From positions 1-32,269 of the forward strand of contig DATNKQ010000484.1 of assembly GCA_035603315.1 (NCBI GenBank): a DNA stretch of 32,269 nt, given 5' to 3'. How positions within the stretch are numbered: position 1 is the first letter of the stretch; each line of letters begins with the position of its first letter. The stretch comes from Thermoanaerobaculia bacterium. Lineage in GTDB: Bacteria; Acidobacteriota; Thermoanaerobaculia; Multivoradales; UBA5704. Positions 25,548-32,269 of this stretch are shown piece by piece. A program made the position numbers and the translations under genes. The notes beneath the pieces were generated by a model that was not told where the DNA came from, did no database searches, and saw only the letters and a program-made list of their open reading frames with translations.

Positions 25548-25925
25548 ATGGGGGTACGGCTCGACAAGTGGCTGCAGGTGGCGAGGATGTTCAAGACCCG
25601 CACGCAGGCGACCCATGCCTGCGACCTCGGGCGGGTGCGGGTCAACGGCAGCTCCGCGAAGCCGCATCGCAACCTCGCCGTGGGCGACCGGATCGAGGTG
25701 ACGCAGGGCGATTGGGATCGGGTCCTCATCGTCCGGGAGCTGCGCGACCGGCCGGTCGCCAAGGCGGAGGCGGCCGGCCTCTACGAGGACCAGAGCCCGG
25801 CGCGCCCACAGGCGGACCCCTTCGCTCGTCTCCTGCGCCGGCCGCCGGTGCAGCGGGAGCCGGGGGCCGGACGCCCCACCAAGAAAGCGCGGCGGGAGAT
25901 CGAGCGCTGGAAGGGTGAGGAGTAG
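25548..25925 (+). CDS. hslR: S4-domain RNA-binding heat-shock protein 15-like (ribosome-associated)
   Basis: S4 motif VRLDKWLQVARMFKTRTQATHACDLGRVRVNG, followed by a basic C-terminal tail. Confidence 0.8.
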   Translation: MGVRLDKWLQVARMFKTRTQATHACDLGRVRVNGSSAKPHRNLAVGDRIEVTQGDWDRVLIVRELRDRPVAKAEAAGLYEDQSPARPQADPFARLLRRPPVQREPGAGRPTKKARREIERWKGEE

Positions 25926-25936
25926 GCTGCCGAAGC

Positions 25937-27067
25937 TTAGTCGCCCAGGAACTCGCCGACGGGGGCCAGCGGCTCGATGTGGTCGCAGAAGATCTTGAAG
26001 ACCACCATGATCGGCACCGCCAGGATCGCCCCCACGATCCCCCACAGCCAACCCCAGAAGGTCAGGCCGAGAAAGAGCACCACCGGGTTCAGGGTCAGGC
26101 GCCGGCCGAGGACGAGCGGGCTGACGATGTAAGCCTCGAGGACGTTGAGGACGAGGAAGGCGCCGACCGGCAGGAGGGCGTGGAGGAGGTCGGGGAAGGT
26201 CAGGAAGCCGACGATCGCGAACACCCCGTAGCAGGTCAGAGGGCCGAGGTAGGGGACGAAGTTGACGAGCGTCACCAGGGCGCCCCAGAGCAGCGGGTTG
26301 GGCAGCCCGATGAAGTACATTGCCGCCGCCGCCGCCAGCCCCAGCCCGACGTTGATCATGGCGATCGTCGACAGGTAGGTGGAGATCTCGCTTTCGATCT
26401 GGCGGGCGATGTCGACCGCCCGTCGCTTGTCCTCGAGGCTCGGCAGGACCTTGATGAGCTTGCGCAGGAAGAGGTCGCCCGAGGCGAGGAGGAAGAAGAG
26501 CAGGATGAACATCATGGCCGCGTCCGCCAGGAGCTCGGTCGTCTGGCTGAAGATGCGGGCGCCGAGCGAGGGGGCGTTGACGGCCACCGCCTGGCCCGGC
26601 GCGGGATTGGAGCCGACCTGGGCGATCTTCTCGACCTGCTCGGTGGCCCGGCCCAAGGTCTGCACCGGCCGTTTGAACTCGCGCAGCCGCGCCTCGACCT
26701 TGCGCAGGCTTTGCGGCGCCTTCGCCATCCAGTCGTAGGCGGGGCCGGCGAGCTGGTAGACGCCGCCGACGAGAGCGCCCAGAAGGATCGCCAGCACCAA
26801 CCCGGCGCCCAGCGGCTCCGGGATGTGGAGGCGCTTCAAGCCGCGCACGACGGGCGAGAGGACCAAGCTGAAGAGGATCGCGAGGACGATCGGCAGCAGG
26901 AACGAGCGCGCGAAGTAGAGAGTGTAGAAGCCGGCCAGGATGAAGAGGCCGGAGAGCGAGATGTTGCGGATGCCGAACGGGCCGCGCAGAGCCTCCCGCA
27001 GCTTCAGGAGGGTCGGCCGGGGGAGCTCCTCCTCGGGAGGCGGCTCGCGCAGGGGTTCGATCGCCAT
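25937..27067 (-). CDS. AI-2E family transporter (UPF0118/PerM-like)
   Basis: Polytopic protein with family-typical PNPLLWGALVTLVNFVPYLGP and LNPVVLFLGLTFWGWLWGIVGAILAVP. AAGGAG lies 6 nt upstream of the ATG. Confidence 0.85.
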   Translation of the reverse strand: MAIEPLREPPPEEELPRPTLLKLREALRGPFGIRNISLSGLFILAGFYTLYFARSFLLPIVLAILFSLVLSPVVRGLKRLHIPEPLGAGLVLAILLGALVGGVYQLAGPAYDWMAKAPQSLRKVEARLREFKRPVQTLGRATEQVEKIAQVGSNPAPGQAVAVNAPSLGARIFSQTTELLADAAMMFILLFFLLASGDLFLRKLIKVLPSLEDKRRAVDIARQIESEISTYLSTIAMINVGLGLAAAAAMYFIGLPNPLLWGALVTLVNFVPYLGPLTCYGVFAIVGFLTFPDLLHALLPVGAFLVLNVLEAYIVSPLVLGRRLTLNPVVLFLGLTFWGWLWGIVGAILAVPIMVVFKIFCDHIEPLAPVGEFLGD

Positions 27068-27110
27068 GAACGGCTCCTTGCCGGCGCGCGCCGCTTTCCC
27101 CGGGGAAGAG

Positions 27111-27275
27111 TCAGGCCCGCCGGACGAGACCCATGATAAGGGAGACCACGAAAACCACCAGGAAGAGGAAGAACAGGACCCTGGCGATCTCGGCCGCGCC
27201 GCTCGCGATCCCGCCGAAACCCAGAACCGCTGCGACGAGGGCGACGGCGAGGAAGATCACGGCCCATCTCAGCAT
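27111..27275 (-). CDS. DUF1328 / UPF0391 small membrane protein (YtjA-like)
   Basis: [42 protein letters not shown] is the family hallmark. AAGGAGG lies upstream of ATG 27275. The 19-aa N-terminal extension in the track ORF is rejected. Confidence 0.85.
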   Translation of the reverse strand: MLRWAVIFLAVALVAAVLGFGGIASGAAEIARVLFFLFLVVFVVSLIMGLVRRA

Positions 27276-27334
27276 GGCATTCCTCCTTCGTAGGCCGGCG
27301 CTCTGCAGCCGCGCCGAGGTTGACCGACGCACAG

Positions 27335-27350
27335 AGCAAGCAGTGTGCCA
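27335..27350 (-). promoter_or_regulatory. Sigma-54 (-24/-12) promoter upstream of the DUF1328 gene
   Basis: The minus strand reads cTGGCACactgcTTGCT. Both conserved blocks (TGGCAC and TTGC) are intact with the canonical 5-nt spacing. It is intergenic and about 60 nt upstream of ATG 27275. Confidence 0.75.
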
Positions 27351-27359
27351 GAAGCGATC

Positions 27360-28466
27360 TCAGGACGGCTCGACGACGGCGAGTGTCGCGGCCTCCTCCG
27401 GGAGGTCTCCCTGGTAGAGGCGGGAGTGGAAGTAGCTCTCCGTCCAATGGCGGGCGAAAACCTGGATGGCGGCGGCGGTGGGGACGGCGAGCAGCATGCC
27501 GAAGAAGCCGAAGAAGCTGCCGCCGACGATGATCGAGAGGAGCACCCAGACCGGATGGAGGTCGACGCTCTTGCCGAGGATGCGGGGGGAGAGGAAGGCG
27601 CCCTCGAGGAGCTGGGTGCCGGCGAAGAGGGCGACGACCCCGAGCACGCGGGCCTCGCTCTGGTACTCCGCCCAGCAGAGGAGCGCGGCCGGCAGCAGGC
27701 CGACGGCAAGCGACATGTAGGGGATGACGTTGGCGAGGCCGGCGGTGATGCCGATGACGAGACCGAGCGGCACCCCGAGCGCCACCAGGCCGATCGAGTT
27801 GAGGACCGCCAGGATGGCAGCGACGGTGAGCTGGCCGCGCAGGAAGCCGTAGACGGCAGCATCCACCTCACGGGCGCGCTCCAGAGTAACGGCGCGGTAG
27901 GGGACCGGCACCAGCTGGAGCATCCGCACCTTGAGCGCCGGGAAATCGACCAGCAGGTAGAAGGCGAAGACCGGCACGAAGATGAGATCGAGGACGAGGA
28001 GGAGCAGGCGCACCAGGCTCCCCAGGAGGCCGGCGATCCAGGCCGAGACCGCCGTCGCCACCCGCGGCACCGCCTCGGTCGCCCGCGAGCGGACCATCGC
28101 CACCGGCTCGGGGAAGCGCCGCTCGATCCCCTGGAACCAGGGCAGGAAGCTGGCGCGCAGGCGCGCGGCGTAACCGGGGAGGCGCTCGCTGAGGTGCCGC
28201 ATCTGCTCCGACATCGCCGGCACCAGGTAGAGGAGGAAGCCGGCGAGCGCCATGGCCGCGAGCAGGAAGATGGCGACGACCCCGAAGAGGCGCGAGCGGC
28301 CTCGGCACTCGAACCAACCGACCGCGGGATCGAAGACGTAGGCGAAGCCGAGGCCCAGGAGCAGGGGCAGGAAGATCTCGCGGAAAGCCATGAGCACGAG
28401 GAGCACGGAGATCAGGCCGCCGGCGAACACGATCAGCCGGAGGAAGGCGGGCGAGGGCTTGGTCAC
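27360..28466 (-). CDS. AI-2E family transporter (second paralog)
   Basis: Family-typical GITAGLANVIPYMS and LHPVWVLLSIIVGGSFFGFFGMLLAVP. The GTG start forms a GTGA overlap with the dinB stop. Confidence 0.85.
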   Translation of the reverse strand: MTKPSPAFLRLIVFAGGLISVLLVLMAFREIFLPLLLGLGFAYVFDPAVGWFECRGRSRLFGVVAIFLLAAMALAGFLLYLVPAMSEQMRHLSERLPGYAARLRASFLPWFQGIERRFPEPVAMVRSRATEAVPRVATAVSAWIAGLLGSLVRLLLLVLDLIFVPVFAFYLLVDFPALKVRMLQLVPVPYRAVTLERAREVDAAVYGFLRGQLTVAAILAVLNSIGLVALGVPLGLVIGITAGLANVIPYMSLAVGLLPAALLCWAEYQSEARVLGVVALFAGTQLLEGAFLSPRILGKSVDLHPVWVLLSIIVGGSFFGFFGMLLAVPTAAAIQVFARHWTESYFHSRLYQGDLPEEAATLAVVEPS

Positions 28467-29542
28467 GGCGGTGCCTCCTGTCGGTCGAAGAGTGGGAGCT
28501 GCGCCAGCCGCCCGCGCACCAGGTTCGAGGCGGTCACGCCGAGGAGGCGCACCGGCCGCTGCGGCGCCTCGGTGCGCCGCAGCAGGTCCCGGGCATGGCT
28601 GAAGATGGAGCCGGCGTCGGCCACCGGGAAAGGCAGGGTGCGCGAGCGGGTGACGGTCTGGAAGTCGGCGTAACGCACCTTGACGGTGATGGTGCAGCCG
28701 GCGAAGCGGCCGCGCGCCAGCGCCGCCGCCACCTGCCCCGCCATGCGCTCGATCTCCCCCTCCATCGCGGTGAGGGCCCCGAGGTCGACGGCGTAGGTGC
28801 TCTCGACGCTCAGGCTCTTCTGCTCGCTGTGGACCTCGACCGGGCGCTCGTCCTCCCCGCGGGCGAACTCGAAGAGCGTGCGGCCGTTGCGCCCGAAACG
28901 GGCGGTCAGGTCAGCGAGCGGGAGCGACCGCAGCCCGGCGATCGTCTGCGCTCCCATCTCCGTTAGGGCCTTCTCCGTCGCTGGCCCCACGCCATGGAGG
29001 CGCCGCACGGGCAGCGGGTCGAGGAACGCCTGGACCTTCGCCGGCGGGACGACGGTCAAGCCGTCCGGCTTGTCGAAGTCGGAGGCGATCTTCGCCACCA
29101 GCCGGTTGGGTCCCACCCCGACACTCACCGTCAGGCCCCGCTCCTCGCGCACCCGGCGGCGGATCTCGCGCGCCGCCGCGGTGGCGCTGCCGAGGCGCTC
29201 CAGGCGGTCGGTCAGGTCCAGGTAGGCCTCGTCGAGCGACACCGTCTGCACGACCGGCGTCAGCTCGCGGTAGATGGCGAAGATCTGCTCCGATTCCCGG
29301 CGGTAGCGGCGGAAATCGGGGGGGATGAAGACGACCTCGGGGCAGAGGCGGCGGGCGCGAGAGGAGGGCATCGCCGAGTGGATGCCGAAGCGGCGCGCCT
29401 CGTAGCTCGCCGCCGCCACCACCCCGCGCTGCTCGGGAACGCCGCCGATCACCACCGGCAGGCCGCGCAGGGCGGGGTCGTCGCGCATGTGCACCGCCGC
29501 GTAGAAGCAGTCCATGTCGCAGTGCAGAATCCGCCGGATCAT
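28463..29542 (-). CDS. dinB: DNA polymerase IV (Y-family translesion polymerase)
   Basis: MIRRILHCDMDCFYAAVHMRDDP, VVIGG and SLDEAYLDLT motifs. The start was set at ATG 29542 rather than track start 29620. Confidence 0.92.
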   Translation of the reverse strand: MIRRILHCDMDCFYAAVHMRDDPALRGLPVVIGGVPEQRGVVAAASYEARRFGIHSAMPSSRARRLCPEVVFIPPDFRRYRRESEQIFAIYRELTPVVQTVSLDEAYLDLTDRLERLGSATAAAREIRRRVREERGLTVSVGVGPNRLVAKIASDFDKPDGLTVVPPAKVQAFLDPLPVRRLHGVGPATEKALTEMGAQTIAGLRSLPLADLTARFGRNGRTLFEFARGEDERPVEVHSEQKSLSVESTYAVDLGALTAMEGEIERMAGQVAAALARGRFAGCTITVKVRYADFQTVTRSRTLPFPVADAGSIFSHARDLLRRTEAPQRPVRLLGVTASNLVRGRLAQLPLFDRQEAPP

Positions 29543-29681
29543 GGTCTTCGATTGGAGTCCCGAGCCCCTATTCTGCACCAGCGCGCTGTTAGAATGAGCG
29601 CAATCGAGACAAGAGGGCACCGGCCTCGCCGCGCCGGCGCCCGGGCCGAGAGGTCGTCAAGACGGCGAAGTCGAAGAAAGG

Positions 29682-32269
29682 ATGAGCCAGAAGAGCCCCC
29701 AGGGTCGCTTCCCGCCGCCGGACCGCCGTCCCGCCATCCGTCTCCGCACGCTCGCACCCACCGCCCTCGCTCTCTCCCTGCTTTGGGCGCCGGCGTCCCT
29801 CGCTCCCGCCGCGATCGGCGACGCCCTGCCAAGCCTGGCGCCTGGTCTCCACTTCGCCCATGGCCTCCAGGGCGGGGAGAGCCAGCGGTTCCCGGTCTCG
29901 CTGGACGCCGGCCAGTTCCTCCGCGTCGTCGTCACCGAAGAAGGGATCGACGTCGAGGTGCGCCTCCTGGACTCCGAAGGACAACCCGCCGCGCGCGTGG
30001 ACGGCCCCCGCTTCCCGCGCGAGCCCGAGGACCTGGCGGCGGTCGCCGGGCGGCCCGGCCCCTACACCTTGGAGGTCCGCTCGCTGGGCGTCAAAGATCC
30101 CGCCGGACGCTACCGCCTGGAGGTCGATGGGCCGCGGCAGCCGACCGCGGACGACCGCGCGCGCGCCGAGGCCGTGCGGCTCAGCCAGGCGGCCGTCGAC
30201 GGCATGCTTACGCCGGGCGACGAGTCCCGGCGCCGGCAGATCGCCCTGCGGGAAAGAGCGCTGCCCCTCTGGCGCCGCCTGGGGGAGCGCCGGCGCGAGG
30301 CCGACACGCTCTACCAGCTCGGCACCGCCCGCTACCGCCTGCGGCAGTACGACGAGGCCGGCTGCGACCACCATCTGGCCATCGCCCTGTGGCGGCAGCT
30401 CGACGATCCGTCCAGCCTCGGCGAGACCTTGCGCGAAGCGGGCCTGGTCGACCGCATTCTCGGCCGCACCGACGAGGCGGCGCACCACCACACCGAGGCG
30501 TTAACGATCGCCCGCCGGCTCGGCTCCCGCCACCTGGAGGAGCTGGCGCTCAACGGCCTCGGCAGCAGCGAGGTGGACCTGGGAGAGGCGAGGACGGCCA
30601 TCGCGCCCCTCACCGAAGCGCTGGCGATCGCCCGCGAGCGCCGGGACGGCGTCGTCGAGGCGAGCTCCCTGATCAACCTGGGAGCCGCCTACGACGAGCT
30701 GTCGGAGCCGCAGCGGGCGATCCCCCTCTACGGCGAAGCCCTCACCCTGGCGCGCCGGCTGAAGGACCGCGACGACGAGGTGACCGCCTTGAACGACCTG
30801 GGGACCGCCTACGAGGCCCTGGGCGATTGGGACCGCGCCCTCGACGACTTCGAGCAGGCGCTGGCGATGAACCGCCGCCTGGGAGACCGCGCGCAGGAGG
30901 CCGCCACCCTGAACAACCTGGGCCTCGTCTACCAGCATCTGGAGCGGACGCCGGAGGCGCTCGACGCCTACGGACAGGCGATCGCCCGCGCCGCCGAGAC
31001 CCACCAACCGGGGACGGAGGCGACGGCCCTCGACAACCTGGGGTTTCTCCACCTCGCCGGGCGGGAGCCTGAGAAGGCGCTGGCGGAATGCCGACAGGCC
31101 CTGGTGCTCGCCGCCGGCCGCCGCGAAACGGAGGCCGCCGCCCACCAGGCCCTGGGGCGAGCGTATCGCCAGCTCGGACAGCTCGCGGCGGCCCGCGCCG
31201 AGCTCTCTCAAGCCCTGGCCTTGAGCCGCGACCGCGGCTTCCGGCTCCGCGAGGCCGACGTCCTGCGCGACCTCGCGCAGGTGGCGCGCGCCGAAGGCGA
31301 CCTCCCCGCGGCTCTAGCTTTCGTCCGCAGCGCCGCCGGCATCGTCGAATCGCTGCGCGCCCAAGTGGCGAGCCCCGATCTCCGCGCCTCCTTCCTCGGC
31401 TCGCGGCGGAGCTGCTACGAGGACTACGTCGACGTCCTGATGGCTCTCGACCGCGCCCAGCCCGGGAAGGGATACCTGGGGGAGGCCCTGCGGGTGAGCG
31501 AGCAGGCGCGGGCGCGGAGCCTCCTCGAGATCCTCAACGAGGCCGGCGCCGACCTCCTGCGCGGCGCCGATCCCACCCTCCTCGAGCGCGAGCGCCGGGC
31601 GCGGGAGGAGATCTCCGCCAGCGCCCTCTTCAGGCTGCGGCTCCTCGGCGGTCCGGCGTCCCCGGAGCAGGCCGCCGAGGCCGCGCGGCGCCTGGAGGCG
31701 GCCGTCGAGGAGCACGACCGGATCGAGGCCGAGCTGCGCTCGGCCAGCCCGCGCTACGCCGCCCTCACCCAACCGGAGATCCTCACTCTCGCGCAGGTCC
31801 AGCAGGGGGTGCTCGACCGCGAGACGCTGCTCCTCGAATACGCGTTGGGAGACGAGCACAGCCATCTCTGGGTGGTGGCGGCCGACGCCATCCACGGCTT
31901 CGAGCTGCCGCCCCGGGCGGCCATCGAAGCGGAGGCTCGCAGCTTCTATGCCCTCTTGACTGCTCGCAACGACCCGCCGCCGCCGGGAGAGAGCGCGGCG
32001 GCGGCGCGGCAGCGAGTGGAGCGGGCCGACCGTGGGTTGGCCCAAGCGGCGACAGGGCTCTCGCGGACGGTCCTCCCGCCAGCAGCCGCCGGCCTGCTGG
32101 CCGACCGCCGCCTGGTGGTGGTGAGCGACGGGGCGCTCCAGTACATCCCTTTCGGAGCGCTACCCTGTCCCACCGACCCCTCCACCGGCGGCGCAGAGGA
32201 CGTCCCGCTCGTCCGCCGTCACGAGGTGGTCAGCCTCCCCTCCGCCTCCGTGCTGGCGGTGCTGCGGCG
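29682..32269 (+). CDS. Secreted TPR-repeat / CHAT-domain protein (3' end outside the window)
   Basis: This is an open frame with codons at positions divisible by 3. It is absent from the track because no stop occurs before the window end. From ATG 29682 it has a signal-like N-terminus (TALALSLLWAPASLAPAAIG) and a beta-rich module of about 100 aa. Many TPR units follow (TLYQLGTARYRLRQYDEA; TALNDLGTAYEALGDWDRALDDFEQAL; ATLNNLGLVYQHLERTPEAL). A CHAT-type region then begins (LVVVSDGALQYIPFGALP, VVSLPSASVL). Confidence 0.8.
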   Translation, partial: MSQKSPQGRFPPPDRRPAIRLRTLAPTALALSLLWAPASLAPAAIGDALPSLAPGLHFAHGLQGGESQRFPVSLDAGQFLRVVVTEEGIDVEVRLLDSEGQPAARVDGPRFPREPEDLAAVAGRPGPYTLEVRSLGVKDPAGRYRLEVDGPRQPTADDRARAEAVRLSQAAVDGMLTPGDESRRRQIALRERALPLWRRLGERRREADTLYQLGTARYRLRQYDEAGCDHHLAIALWRQLDDPSSLGETLREAGLVDRILGRTDEAAHHHTEALTIARRLGSRHLEELALNGLGSSEVDLGEARTAIAPLTEALAIARERRDGVVEASSLINLGAAYDELSEPQRAIPLYGEALTLARRLKDRDDEVTALNDLGTAYEALGDWDRALDDFEQALAMNRRLGDRAQEAATLNNLGLVYQHLERTPEALDAYGQAIARAAETHQPGTEATALDNLGFLHLAGREPEKALAECRQALVLAAGRRETEAAAHQALGRAYRQLGQLAAARAELSQALALSRDRGFRLREADVLRDLAQVARAEGDLPAALAFVRSAAGIVESLRAQVASPDLRASFLGSRRSCYEDYVDVLMALDRAQPGKGYLGEALRVSEQARARSLLEILNEAGADLLRGADPTLLERERRAREEISASALFRLRLLGGPASPEQAAEAARRLEAAVEEHDRIEAELRSASPRYAALTQPEILTLAQVQQGVLDRETLLLEYALGDEHSHLWVVAADAIHGFELPPRAAIEAEARSFYALLTARNDPPPPGESAAAARQRVERADRGLAQAATGLSRTVLPPAAAGLLADRRLVVVSDGALQYIPFGALPCPTDPSTGGAEDVPLVRRHEVVSLPSASVLAVLR

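Noticed and set aside
27276-27332. 19-codon N-terminal extension of the DUF1328 ORF (track start 27332)
   Set aside because: The extension is Arg/Ser-rich and would begin only a few nt downstream of the sigma-54 promoter. The family-typical N-terminus MLRWAV starts at ATG 27275, which has a strong AAGGAGG SD.
29522-29578. 9-bp inverted repeat GTGCAGAAT / ATTCTGCAC bracketing the dinB start codon
   Set aside because: By rough composition-based estimate, tens of 9-bp inverted repeats with spacers under 60 nt are expected by chance in 32 kb. It has a 39-nt loop and no supporting features.
25979-31072. Plus ORFs 25979..27136, 27345..28673 and 28994..31072, and minus ORFs 29589..30491 and 30501..31211
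   Set aside because: They are antisense or out of frame to the AI-2E transporters, dinB and the TPR/CHAT gene. Their composition is highly charged or Arg/Pro-rich and low-complexity.
1-32269. Search for CRISPR arrays, tRNA/rRNA genes, IS elements, integrases, toxin-antitoxin pairs, or low-GC islands that would indicate an accessory or defence locus
   Set aside because: None was seen. The intergenic gaps are all 262 bp or shorter and are accounted for by promoters, leaders and terminators. No direct-repeat/spacer periodicity is present, no transposase- or integrase-like ORF is present, and the composition is uniformly GC-rich.

Overview
Very GC-rich (roughly 70% by eye) bacterial chromosomal segment, densely coding, with about 33 protein genes. 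I see no rRNA, tRNA, CRISPR array, IS/transposase, integrase or phage signature. Gene order: a 5'-truncated polytopic membrane protein, PolX, an active/inactive M16 peptidase pair, a bacterial type IB topoisomerase (-), a sensor-kinase-like protein plus an NtrC-family sigma-54 activator, and a BON-domain protein plus a small Thr/Met/Gly-rich lipoprotein. A long minus-strand block follows: aroD-aroE fusion, trpE, trpG, trpD, trpC, trpF, trpB, trpA, a ZIP metal transporter and an alpha/beta hydrolase. After it come a metallophosphoesterase, a small charged protein, an RCK-gated K+ channel, a zincin-like metallopeptidase, a second GT-C-like membrane protein, HslR, an AI-2E transporter, a DUF1328 protein, a second AI-2E transporter, DinB, and a 3'-truncated secreted TPR/CHAT protein. 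This looks like core genome, not an accessory island, and I found no convincing novel defence or mobile system. The interesting content is regulatory. (1) A complete ribosome-mediated Trp attenuator lies upstream of the aroDE-trp operon: near-consensus sigma-70 promoter, 23-codon leader peptide with W-Q-W, overlapping alternative helices, and an intrinsic terminator whose 3' arm holds the Shine-Dalgarno of the first cistron. (2) There are two strong sigma-54 promoters and one weaker one, in front of the BON/lipoprotein pair, the DUF1328/AI-2E pair and the kinase/activator pair. This suggests one envelope-stress regulon run by the encoded activator. (3) The partner kinase keeps its phospho-His box but has lost every recognisable ATP-binding motif. 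(4) The window begins with an exact 47-bp copy of internal sequence 472-518, which is probably an assembly issue. Most long ORFs in the track that oppose or are out of frame with these genes are GC-driven artefacts.
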